Shown: in pieces, positions 1-9,168 of the stretch
Position numbering within the stretch: position 1 is the first letter of the stretch
Layout: every line of letters starts with the position of its first letter
Translations under genes and position numbers: made by a program
Assembly: GCA_018673925.1 (NCBI GenBank)
Contig: JABHBL010000088.1
Span: forward strand, 2,516-66,515
Reading direction: 5' to 3'
Length of the DNA: 64,000 nt
Origin: Fidelibacterota bacterium
Lineage (GTDB): Bacteria; Fidelibacterota; UBA8477; JABMPR01
The notes under the pieces: model-generated
What the model saw: only the letters and a program-made list of their open reading frames with translations
What the model was told of the DNA's origin: nothing
The model's database searches: none

Positions 1-713
1 TTCGCTAGACCATAACCATAATCCATCATACCAGCATCAAAAAGAACATCAGAGCCAGAGTGAATGACATATACGCCAGGAGCCAGTGGAACAGCATGAC
101 TGTTACCATCAGATGTCATCAGGGTAGCAGAGCTGGAAACATTTTCAACTCTCAAAGTAAATCCTGTATCGCCGGTTGAGCTCAATGTCACCTTCACAAC
201 ATCGGAAACAGCAGGCAGATTTGAGAAATCATCGGTGGCGAGACGGACGGTATTGTCTGAATCAACAGCACCCGTGTTGGCACCAGCTTGACGTGGAGCC
301 TGATCTGAACCAAGACCTGGTTCCTGATTGACTTCACTACCTGCATCCCAAAGCATGATTTGACTGGTGATATCACCAACAATCTGGTCACCCATACTAT
401 CATAAAGATCAATTCCTTCACCGTCGGGTGCATAAAAAAGATCATTTGATTGAACGAACATAGTGGCAAATGATAATTTGCTGCCTGGTGCAGCACTAAA
501 GCTCACTTCATAAGCTTCACCGGGAAAAATAGGTGCTGGAGCTGTTGCACCAACTGGAGTGTTGAACGCTCCGCTGGCGGAATAGCTTTTTGCTTCAGCA
601 ATATTCTCGATAGTGACTTTGAAATCCCCTTCAATTTGCGGTTCATTCGTCGACGTATCGCATGCAACAATCAGCAGTAGTGTCATTCCTATCAGGGTCA
701 TTTTTTGAATCAT
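1..713 (-). CDS. Spondin-domain (Spondin_N) lipoprotein, truncated at the window edge
   Basis: Not in the ORF track. Manual translation from ATG 713: MIQKMTLIGMTLLLIVAC-DTSTNEP... (lipobox-like), with SFATMFVQSNDLFYAP and LWDAGSEVNQEPG typical of bacterial spondin domains. RBS AAGGAGGA lies just upstream; the frame is open towards position 1. Confidence 0.85.
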   Translation of the reverse strand, partial: MIQKMTLIGMTLLLIVACDTSTNEPQIEGDFKVTIENIAEAKSYSASGAFNTPVGATAPAPIFPGEAYEVSFSAAPGSKLSFATMFVQSNDLFYAPDGEGIDLYDSMGDQIVGDITSQIMLWDAGSEVNQEPGLGSDQAPRQAGANTGAVDSDNTVRLATDDFSNLPAVSDVVKVTLSSTGDTGFTLRVENVSSSATLMTSDGNSHAVPLAPGVYVIHSGSDVLFDAGMMDYGYGLA

Positions 714-772
714 GGTATCCTCCTTGTTTAGTTACCGTTGGTTTTCTTGACCTGGGCCAAGATACCAAGTGG

Positions 773-802
773 GTATCACGGAAGTATCACGCGGGCATCA
801 AA
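773..802 (-). promoter_or_regulatory. Three direct repeats at 11-bp period, putative OmpR-family operator
   Basis: GTATCACG at 773 and 784, GCATCAAA at 795, 60-90 bp upstream of the spondin start and next to an OmpR/PhoB-type system. Confidence 0.6.
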
Positions 803-844
803 TGAGTGTAAAGTCTGCAGATATAATGGGTGTTGGTTCAAGGA

Positions 845-878
845 GAAGTACGTGCGAAGCATGCTCCGCACGTACTTC
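845..878. terminator. Inverted repeat downstream of the histidine kinase, likely terminator or stabilising hairpin
   Basis: GAAGTACGTGCG-N10-CGCACGTACTTC, perfect 12-bp arms; weak U-tract. Confidence 0.5.
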
Positions 879-908
879 GTTAGAGAATATGAATAAGCAT
901 AAACTGGA

Positions 909-2372
909 CTAAGCAACAGGTAGACTAAAGTGAAAGCGGGTTCCCTTTCCCAATTCGCTCTCCACTTGAAGGACCTCACCATGAGCTTCAATCATTTTTG
1001 AAGCTATGGTTAAACCCAGACCCGTACTGGTGGATCCCTTGACAGTTTTCTTGCCTCCTGTGTAGAAGCGATCAAAAATATGGGGCAAGTCATCTGGGCT
1101 AATACCCTGACCGGTGTCCGCAATGCTGATCGATACAGAATTTCCCTGCTGTTTTATATCTAGCATTATGCTTCCACCAGATTCAGTAAATTCAGATGCA
1201 TTGCGAATCAGGTTGGAGATGACCCGTTCCACCATGGCAATATCTCCAATCACTGGAGGTAAGCTGTGGGGAATGTTGTCCACAAGCTCTAAGCCATGAG
1301 CTTCTATCTGAGTTTTAAATTTCAAAGACACATCCTGGGCCAACTCATTTATTGAAAAAGGTTCCTGCTCAGGGAGGATCTGTTTGGCTTCCAGCTTGGA
1401 CAATTCAAACAATTCATTGACCTGCTTACTCAGGCTTTGGGTATTTTTTAGAATAACACCGAGATATTTAAGTTTGCGATCCTCTTCCATATCCGATTTC
1501 ATCAGGATGGTTTCTACATAGCCCTGAATGGAGGCAAGCGGCGTGCGCAAGTCATGAGAAACGTTGGCAATCAGTTCTCGACGAAGGGTATCATTTTGTC
1601 TCAGTTTCTCAATGGTGGCTTCAATGGTATCGGCCATACTATTAAAGGAATGACCAAGTTGTCCAAATTCGTCCTTCGTTGATACATCTATACGATGTTC
1701 GAGATTACCCTGTTCAAATTCGGTGACAATCTCTGAGATCGCCCGTAAACGTTTGGTCAGAATAGCAAATAGGATCAGCCCAATGATGCCTGCAAACAGT
1801 ACCGTTATTAGCAGACCATTGATCATTGTGCGAATTATGTAGCTCTCTTCGAAAAAGGCAAAGGTCGAGTCATACTGCTGGCCCCCTATAATGATATAGA
1901 GAAATCCTTTTGATCCATCTTCAAACTCTAACTCAGCCGCCGAGAAGGGTTTGTATTTACCGGGTTGCCTGGGATCACTTCCCAAAATGGGTGCATGATC
2001 GGCTTGCAACAGGAATTGATAGACTGGATCCAGATCAACAGAATCAGCAACCATGGTTTTACCTGGTTCAGCATAAAAAGCCAACACCTTACCATTCGAG
2101 TTTAACACATAGATTTCAATTTTAGGATTCATCACCATCATATAGTGAATACGTTCACCAATTTGCGGGGATTGAAGTGCTACATCCAGAACAGGCTTGA
2201 GCTCAAAGACCATGTCTCTGGCCAGGTTGAGATTTAAGCGCTGATCAACTTCCTGGTTGAAATTTATAAATGAGCGAGTTGTAATTACAACCTGACTGAT
2301 ACCCATGAATATGAGAACCAGTAGAAATACCGAAGTTAGCTTGCCATAAAATGACTGAAAGAAGCGTCTCAT
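909..2372 (-). CDS. Sensor histidine kinase (TM-periplasmic-TM-HAMP-HisKA-HATPase)
   Basis: Two TM segments, HAMP (DEFGQLGHSFNSMA), H-box ANVSHDLRTPL, N/G boxes (NLIRNA, DTGQGI, GLGL). Confidence 0.95.
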   Translation of the reverse strand: MRRFFQSFYGKLTSVFLLVLIFMGISQVVITTRSFINFNQEVDQRLNLNLARDMVFELKPVLDVALQSPQIGERIHYMMVMNPKIEIYVLNSNGKVLAFYAEPGKTMVADSVDLDPVYQFLLQADHAPILGSDPRQPGKYKPFSAAELEFEDGSKGFLYIIIGGQQYDSTFAFFEESYIIRTMINGLLITVLFAGIIGLILFAILTKRLRAISEIVTEFEQGNLEHRIDVSTKDEFGQLGHSFNSMADTIEATIEKLRQNDTLRRELIANVSHDLRTPLASIQGYVETILMKSDMEEDRKLKYLGVILKNTQSLSKQVNELFELSKLEAKQILPEQEPFSINELAQDVSLKFKTQIEAHGLELVDNIPHSLPPVIGDIAMVERVISNLIRNASEFTESGGSIMLDIKQQGNSVSISIADTGQGISPDDLPHIFDRFYTGGKKTVKGSTSTGLGLTIASKMIEAHGEVLQVESELGKGTRFHFSLPVA

Positions 2373-3103
2373 AGTTCCAACTCATCTAGATCTGTAAAGC
2401 GATACCCAACACTCCAGACCGTCTGTATGTAGCGGGGATTGGCTGGATCCTGTTCAATTTTTGCCCGCAAGCGATTGATATGTGAATTGACGGTATGCTC
2501 ATATCCACTGAATTGATACCCCCAGATCAGATCCAACAGTTGTTGGCGGGAATAGGCTTTGCCTGGATGACTTGCGAAAAGATACAGCAAATCAAACTCC
2601 TTGGCCGTAAGCTCAATGGATTGACCAGCCACGCTGACCCGTCTCTTCTCACTATCGATATCCAATGTTTCAATTTTGATCGAAGTGGCAACATCTTTGG
2701 GGAGGGAACTCTCGGCATCAACTTCCATACGCCGAAAGATGGCCTTTACCCGCGCTATAAATTCACGAATGCTAAAGGGCTTTGTGATGTATTCATCAGC
2801 ACCCAGCTCTAGGCCCAGAACTTTATCCAGTTCTTCAGAGCGTGAAGTGAGCATCATGATAGGTGTCAGTCGATCTTCCATACGGATGCGCTTGCAAATC
2901 TCCATGCCATCCAACCCCGGCAACATGATATCCAGGATAATCAGATCAAAATCTTCAGCCTGTGCTTTTCCCAGACCCAGCTCTCCATGATCTTCTGAGA
3001 TCACTTCAAAACCCAGATCTTCAAGATGGATTGTCAACAAATCGACGATGGATTCATCGTCTTCAACTACCAAAACACGTTTTTTATTCTCTTTAGGATT
3101 CAC
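2369..3103 (-). CDS. OmpR/PhoB-family response regulator
   Basis: REC (VVEDD, LDIMLPG, KPF) plus winged helix (LTAKEFDLL, TVNSHINRLRAK); 4-bp overlap with the kinase. Confidence 0.95.
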   Translation of the reverse strand: MNPKENKKRVLVVEDDESIVDLLTIHLEDLGFEVISEDHGELGLGKAQAEDFDLIILDIMLPGLDGMEICKRIRMEDRLTPIMMLTSRSEELDKVLGLELGADEYITKPFSIREFIARVKAIFRRMEVDAESSLPKDVATSIKIETLDIDSEKRRVSVAGQSIELTAKEFDLLYLFASHPGKAYSRQQLLDLIWGYQFSGYEHTVNSHINRLRAKIEQDPANPRYIQTVWSVGYRFTDLDELEL

Positions 3104-3461
3104 TATAAACCTTTGATACTAAATTTATTGATAAGCCTAAAGTGGCCTGATTTAACCTAGAATGCAATTTCTAATTCATTGAACTTTTACTAATTTATTT
3201 TAGATTACTTCTTATACTTTTTCGTTGCAGATACCGAATACTGAAGCTGTGGTAACGTTTTCAAAATGTAGTTCCAAAGACTTAATACATTGTGTCTCCA
3301 GTTGAGGCATATACGGGGTGTGGTCTTTTACAGGTACTGGTAACAGTCCCGGTGATATAAGAGTAGTGCATGATCATTATTTTCTGACTTTGTGTTTGAA
3401 GTAAACACTATTCTACCCACACACTAAAAATTGACGGTTTACATTTCGAAAGGGAATATTG

Positions 3462-6400
3462 ATGCAGCAATTTCTGGGTATTTGTGCTGGAGCCTCTACC
3501 ATCACATCAGTGAACCTCCACCAAAATGATCAAGGTACGACTATTGGAGATGTTTTCTCTAAACCTCATGAGGGCAATCCCCGTGCGGTCATCACCAAAC
3601 TATTAAATGAAATTGATGTTGAACAGTTTGACGCCGTTGTTGTTACAGGTCGCCGATTCAAGGAACTTATTGATCTTGAGACCATTTCAGAGCCTCAGGC
3701 TGCCGAACTTGCCTTAAAATTCATAAATAAAGATAAGAAAAACTATAACGCCATTATCAGTGCAGGTGGTGAAACCTTTATGGTTTACCAACTCGATAAG
3801 GCTGGTAAAATTTCCAAAGTATTTACAGGTAACAAGTGTGCTTCCGGTACTGGAGAATTTTTCCTACAGCAGACCCGCCGGATGGGTGTAAACATGGAAG
3901 AAGCCATTGAATTTGGCAAGGGTGAAACCCCCCATGTCGTTTCAGGCCGCTGTTCAGTTTTTTGTAAGAGTGATTGTACCCACGCTACCAATATTGGGGT
4001 TCCCAAAGGACAGGTCGTGGCCGGTCTCAGCCAAATGATGGCCAGTAAGATTCTGGAACTCCTGAAAAACACTCCCAAAGAAGACATCATGATCGTCGGC
4101 GGTACCACCCAGATCGATGTCATGATGGACTATCTCAAAACGAGTATCAAGAATTTGGAAATCCCCGAGGAAGCCACCTATTTTGAGGCTTTGGGAGCAG
4201 CTGTATATGCGTCAGATTTGAAGAACGGTCATAAAGTTGATCTGGAAAATCTTTTCTCGAAAAAATCTTCTCAATTCGATTTCCATAAAGCCCTTTCACT
4301 TTTTGAAGACAAGGTGAATTTTGTCGAGTTGGATCGTGGGGTTGCGAATGATGGTGATACCTGTATTCTCGGTCTGGATGTGGGATCAACCACAACCAAA
4401 ATAGTGGCTCTGAGGGAATCTGATTTAAAAATTGTGGCTAGTGAATATCTCCGCACCAATGGTGATCCCGTAGGTGCTTCCAAAGAGTGCTATCAGGCTG
4501 TCCTGGATGAACTTGATGGAACAAATATTGTAATACGGGGTTTGGGCGTAACTGGGTCGGGCCGTAAAATTGCCGGATTGCATGCCCTGACAGAAGGGGT
4601 TATCAACGAAATCATTGCCCATGCAGTAGCTGCTCTTCATTTCGATGAAGGCGTTGAGACGATCTTCGAAATTGGTGGCCAAGATGCAAAGTATACCTAT
4701 CTCACGAATGGAGTGGCCAGTGATTATGCCATGAATGAGGCCTGCTCAGCAGGGACTGGATCATTCCTGGAAGAGTCCGCCAAAGAGACACTCAATATTG
4801 AGATGGAAGATATTGCTGGTTGGGCCATGAAGGGTACCAAACCACCGAATTTTAATGATCAGTGTGCAGCTTTTATATCCTCAGATATTAAAAACACCTA
4901 CCATGAAGGTATTCCCAAAGAAGATGTCGTTGCCGGTTTAGTATATTCAATCTGCCTGAATTATGTGAATCGAGTGAAAGGTCCTCGCCCAGTAGGAAAC
5001 AAGGTCTTTATGCAAGGTGGCGTTTGCTATAATCGAGCTGTGCCTATCGCCATGGCCGCACTCTCCGGCAAAGAAATTATTGTTCCCCCTGAACCAGGTC
5101 TTATGGGTTCTTATGGTGTGGCTCTTGAAGTAAAAAGCCGTATCGACACCGGTCTCATGGATGAACAGATTTTCAACCTGGAAACACTTATACAGCGTGA
5201 GGTAGGTAGCAAGGCTTCCTTCATTTGTGCTGGTGGAAAAGAAAAGTGTGATATCGGTTGTGAAGTGAATCGCATGGTGATTGAAGGCAAGACCTATCCC
5301 TTTGGTGGAGCTTGTAACTTATATGATAATATTCGCAAGAAAATCACCGTCAATACGGGTGAAAATGATCTGGTTATCAAGCGACAGGATCTGGTGTTAC
5401 ATAAATATGCAGCGGATGTGAGTGATCTACCTGAAGATGCCCCCACAGTAGGGATTTCCAGATCTTTCCTCACAGGAACTTATTATCCCCTTTTCTCCAA
5501 CTTCTTTAAGGAGGTTGGCATTCGACCCGTGCTTTCAGAGACCGTGGAACAAAGTGGTGTTGATCAATGTGCAGCCCCTTTTTGTTACCCTGCAGAAATT
5601 TCACATGGCTATTTTCAGAACTTGATCGACATGAAGTTGGACTACCTCTTTTTGCCCCATGTTCGGAAAATATCAGTGGAAAACGGGTTCAAAGATGCAA
5701 CAACCTGTCCTCTGGTTCAGGGTGAACCCTATTATCTGGGCAGCACCTTTGAATCGCAGTTGGCAAACGACGGACCTGTCATCCTCACCCCGGCCATGCA
5801 GCTAGGTTACGGGCAGGACGATCCCAGTGATGGATTTCAGTCATTAGGAAAACAACTTGGGATATCAAAAAGCCGACTTCAAAAAGCCTACCAAAAAGCA
5901 ATGGTGATTCAAGAAGCCATGCATGCTGAGATGCTGGAGATGGGCAAGTCGACTCTCGAAGAGTTGGAGCAGGATCCAGATCAAGTGGGGATCGTGCTAT
6001 TCGGGCGACCTTATAATGCTTTCATGCCCGAAGCCAATAAAGGAATTCCTCATAAATTTGCATCCAGGGGATATAAATTGATCCCTGTTGATTTCCTCGA
6101 TCTGAAAGAGGCTGAAATTCGTGATCATATGTATTGGAGCATGGGTCAGATAAACCTCAAGGGTGCAGCAATCGTAGAGGCACATCCTCAACTATTTGGT
6201 ACGTTTATAACCAATTTCTCCTGCGGACCCGATTCATTTGTTGTTGGATATTTCCGTAGCATTATGGGTACCAAACCCTCATTGACTCTGGAACTTGACA
6301 ATCATACTGCTGACGCCGGGCTTGAAACCCGTATTGAAGCCTTCCTTGATATTGTGGCTCGATATCGGATTTTAAAAAGCCGGGGAGATACACCTGAAGA

Positions 6401-7772
6401 AGAGCAAGATGACTTCGTCAAGGCTGAATCACGCTTTGAAGATGGCAATTTCATAATCACCACTTCAGATGGTGAAGAAGTTTCTCTTTTTGACAAGCGA
6501 GTTAAAGTAGTTTTTGCTTCCATGAGTGAATATGGTTCACCTGCAATTGCGGCCGCATTCACCAGTCGAGGGATAAACAGTCACACGCTACGTCCCCCGA
6601 ATGAGGAGGAACTCAAGACCGGTCGTGGTAATTCATCCTGTAAGGAATGTCTCCCGCTCCAGCTCACCACAGGTGGCTATATTCATTATCTGGAAGATGA
6701 AAGACCAGACGACGAAATAACGGTTTTCTTTTATCCCACAGCAAACGGTCCCTGTCGTTTTGGTCAATATCAGGATTTCATGCGGGATTTGGTTGTAAAA
6801 CAGAAATTTAAAAACGTAGCCTTTCTCTCTACATCGAGTTCAGATGGCTATGGTGGTTTGGGACAACGAACCACCCTCATGGTATATTATGGTGTGGTTG
6901 TCTCAGATATTTTTGAGGATATGCGTCATGCCATGCTGGTAAATGCAAAAGATCCAGAGCAGGGCATTGCCAGATTAAACGAAATTTGGAGAGAGGTTCT
7001 AACCGGACTTGAGGGTGGCAAAAAGACGTTCTTTGAAGCCATCAAAAAAGCTGCTAGTGATCTTCAGCAAATAGAGCAAATTAAAGATCTTCATACCCTC
7101 CCCCATGTACTAATTGTTGGAGAAATATACGTCCGCAAGGATGGTATTTCAAGACGGTGGCTACCGGAGCGTATGGCCCAAAACGGCATTGTTTCGCATG
7201 TAGCTCCACTACATGAGTGGGTCCACTACGTTGATTGGCTCGTAATGAACAAAGAGCATATGTTTGGTGCTAGTGGAATGACCAGAATGAAAACTAGACT
7301 GAAGAACTCCATCATGTCCCGTGGAGAACGTTCCATCAAGACCATCATGGAAACATCTGGCTGGTATATCAAAAGGATTATCAATATCGATCATGTCATC
7401 GAAGCTTCTAAACCCTATATCTCACCAAAACTCCCTGGAGAAGCAGTAGTTACTACTGGTGGTCCTTTGGCTGAAGTGGGAACTGAGTTTTGTGGAGCCA
7501 TCGCTATTGGTCCTTTCGGTTGTATGCCGAATAGACTGAGCGAAGCGGTACTAAACAATAAAATGGGCAAGGAGCATATCCTGAAACACCGTCATGATGA
7601 CATGACAAAAACTGTGATGGAAGAAGTATCCCACTTGCCCTTCCTGGCCGTTGAAAGTGATGGAAATCCCTTCCCTCAGGTCATCGAAGCCAGGCTGGAG
7701 ACCTTTATGCTCCAGGCTTATCGCTTACATGAAGTAATGGAAAAATATAATACAGCGGAGGTAGTTGCCTAA
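3462..7772 (+). CDS. Multidomain 2-hydroxyacyl-CoA dehydratase activase fusion (2x ASKHA activase + DUF2229/dehydratase-like domains)
   Basis: KCASGTGEF and RCSVFCKSD; GLDVGSTTTK, EIGGQDAK, MNEACSAGTGSFLEE, CAAF; C-terminal FSCGPD, CKECLP, GPCRFGQY, GPFGCMP. Confidence 0.9.
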   Translation: MQQFLGICAGASTITSVNLHQNDQGTTIGDVFSKPHEGNPRAVITKLLNEIDVEQFDAVVVTGRRFKELIDLETISEPQAAELALKFINKDKKNYNAIISAGGETFMVYQLDKAGKISKVFTGNKCASGTGEFFLQQTRRMGVNMEEAIEFGKGETPHVVSGRCSVFCKSDCTHATNIGVPKGQVVAGLSQMMASKILELLKNTPKEDIMIVGGTTQIDVMMDYLKTSIKNLEIPEEATYFEALGAAVYASDLKNGHKVDLENLFSKKSSQFDFHKALSLFEDKVNFVELDRGVANDGDTCILGLDVGSTTTKIVALRESDLKIVASEYLRTNGDPVGASKECYQAVLDELDGTNIVIRGLGVTGSGRKIAGLHALTEGVINEIIAHAVAALHFDEGVETIFEIGGQDAKYTYLTNGVASDYAMNEACSAGTGSFLEESAKETLNIEMEDIAGWAMKGTKPPNFNDQCAAFISSDIKNTYHEGIPKEDVVAGLVYSICLNYVNRVKGPRPVGNKVFMQGGVCYNRAVPIAMAALSGKEIIVPPEPGLMGSYGVALEVKSRIDTGLMDEQIFNLETLIQREVGSKASFICAGGKEKCDIGCEVNRMVIEGKTYPFGGACNLYDNIRKKITVNTGENDLVIKRQDLVLHKYAADVSDLPEDAPTVGISRSFLTGTYYPLFSNFFKEVGIRPVLSETVEQSGVDQCAAPFCYPAEISHGYFQNLIDMKLDYLFLPHVRKISVENGFKDATTCPLVQGEPYYLGSTFESQLANDGPVILTPAMQLGYGQDDPSDGFQSLGKQLGISKSRLQKAYQKAMVIQEAMHAEMLEMGKSTLEELEQDPDQVGIVLFGRPYNAFMPEANKGIPHKFASRGYKLIPVDFLDLKEAEIRDHMYWSMGQINLKGAAIVEAHPQLFGTFITNFSCGPDSFVVGYFRSIMGTKPSLTLELDNHTADAGLETRIEAFLDIVARYRILKSRGDTPEEEQDDFVKAESRFEDGNFIITTSDGEEVSLFDKRVKVVFASMSEYGSPAIAAAFTSRGINSHTLRPPNEEELKTGRGNSSCKECLPLQLTTGGYIHYLEDERPDDEITVFFYPTANGPCRFGQYQDFMRDLVVKQKFKNVAFLSTSSSDGYGGLGQRTTLMVYYGVVVSDIFEDMRHAMLVNAKDPEQGIARLNEIWREVLTGLEGGKKTFFEAIKKAASDLQQIEQIKDLHTLPHVLIVGEIYVRKDGISRRWLPERMAQNGIVSHVAPLHEWVHYVDWLVMNKEHMFGASGMTRMKTRLKNSIMSRGERSIKTIMETSGWYIKRIINIDHVIEASKPYISPKLPGEAVVTTGGPLAEVGTEFCGAIAIGPFGCMPNRLSEAVLNNKMGKEHILKHRHDDMTKTVMEEVSHLPFLAVESDGNPFPQVIEARLETFMLQAYRLHEVMEKYNTAEVVA

Positions 7773-7807
7773 ATATACGTCCTCTTTGGTAACTACCGAT
7801 TATAAAG

Positions 7808-7840
7808 AAGGAGTCATCTATTATCAGATGGCTCCTTTTT
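7808..7840. terminator. Intrinsic terminator between convergent genes
   Basis: AAGGAGTCATCT-N6-AGATGGCTCCTT followed by a T-run. Confidence 0.8.
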
Positions 7841-7843
7841 AAT

Positions 7844-9088
7844 TTATGTCCCGTCCGTTAAAGATTTTCCTATTCGAATCATAGGCATTTCTATAAATCT
7901 GTGCAATAGTATAGAAATGGTTACAGTTATCGATGTGGCGATCACAAAAATGTAAAATATATCTGTTAATCTAAAATGTGATATGGATGTGTAATCAGTC
8001 GTCCAGAATAAGATCAAACTTGATACAAATATGATGGGAAATTGGAATAAATACATGGGGAATGATAACCTGGCCGGGATACGCCAGAATCTGTGGGATA
8101 ATAACCCTGAAAGATATCTCCCAGCATTTCCTGGTACTATTTTATAATTCAGAAGAATTACCAAGCCCATTACTGCTACTCCAAAAAGGTTACGATGTAG
8201 CGTGAGCCACCAAATGTTTATTTCCGTACCGAAATACTCATAAACCCATGAATCCATTCGGTAGGCAGGGAACTGTAAGGTCAGAATTATCAATGAGACC
8301 GATAACCCCAAAATAATCCAGTTAACCCCTACTGGAATTTGTTTTAATCTTTCAATCATCCTCTTATTGTTATCCAGGAAAGCCCAGCCCATCCCCAAAA
8401 TCAGGGGTCCAAAACGAGCATGGCTTGGAGTGTATATTTTAGTCATTGCATCAAAAACATGGTCTGGATTTTTCAGCAGTTCGATCCAAGTCACACTAGT
8501 CAATTCAGGATGGCCGAGACAGATAAAATAACGAATAGCCAGAGAGGTTAGGAATAGAATACCGAGTATGAAGCCCCTATAGTTTTTAAATTTATAAAGG
8601 AAGAGAAGAATAAATGGAAGCATTGCATAGAATTGAACTTCAATGGATAGACTCCACCCTACCTTGACAATGGAGTCATGATAGAAATTATCAATGAAGA
8701 GAAGATTATGAATTAATTTTGGATATAGGTCTGTTTCAAAGATTGAATAGAGAAAAAGAGCCAATAGAAAGATAGGCATAATTCTGAACGCTCTTCTGAT
8801 ATAAAAAAATCTGAAATTGATCCGAGAAGTTGCATTGAGTTCCTTCAGCAATTGATTGCATAAGAGATAAGCGCTCAGTATAAAAAATATGTCGACTGCC
8901 TTGTCAAAACCAAAAATAAATTGTAGAAAATTCGGAATCCCAGCCAGGTATTGGTGGAGCAATTCAGGTTTATTTCTGTAATGCACCAACACAGGGAGCA
9001 TGAAACAATGATAAGTAAGAATCATCATCACAGACAAACCTCTCAAGCCATTCAGTATGGCATTTTCTGAGTGGTTCTGTGGTTTCAT
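7844..9088 (-). CDS. Acyltransferase family 3 (OafA-like membrane O-acyltransferase)
   Basis: LNGLRGL, AVDIFFILSAYL, FYIRRAFRIMP, WSLSIEVQFY, SFPMYL, IEMP; many TM helices; AT-rich. Confidence 0.9.
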   Translation of the reverse strand: MKPQNHSENAILNGLRGLSVMMILTYHCFMLPVLVHYRNKPELLHQYLAGIPNFLQFIFGFDKAVDIFFILSAYLLCNQLLKELNATSRINFRFFYIRRAFRIMPIFLLALFLYSIFETDLYPKLIHNLLFIDNFYHDSIVKVGWSLSIEVQFYAMLPFILLFLYKFKNYRGFILGILFLTSLAIRYFICLGHPELTSVTWIELLKNPDHVFDAMTKIYTPSHARFGPLILGMGWAFLDNNKRMIERLKQIPVGVNWIILGLSVSLIILTLQFPAYRMDSWVYEYFGTEINIWWLTLHRNLFGVAVMGLVILLNYKIVPGNAGRYLSGLLSHRFWRIPARLSFPMYLFQFPIIFVSSLILFWTTDYTSISHFRLTDIFYIFVIATSITVTISILLHRFIEMPMIRIGKSLTDGT

Positions 9089-9168
9089 TATCGGTTTATT
9101 GTGGTGAATTGTTTCAAATCCCTATCATTCTTCAGAGGCAGGAATGGTCCAGTTGAAAGTTCGATTGA

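Noticed and set aside
194..496. 100-aa minus-strand ORF from the track
   Set aside because: Out-of-frame shadow of the spondin gene, whose real frame starts at 713.
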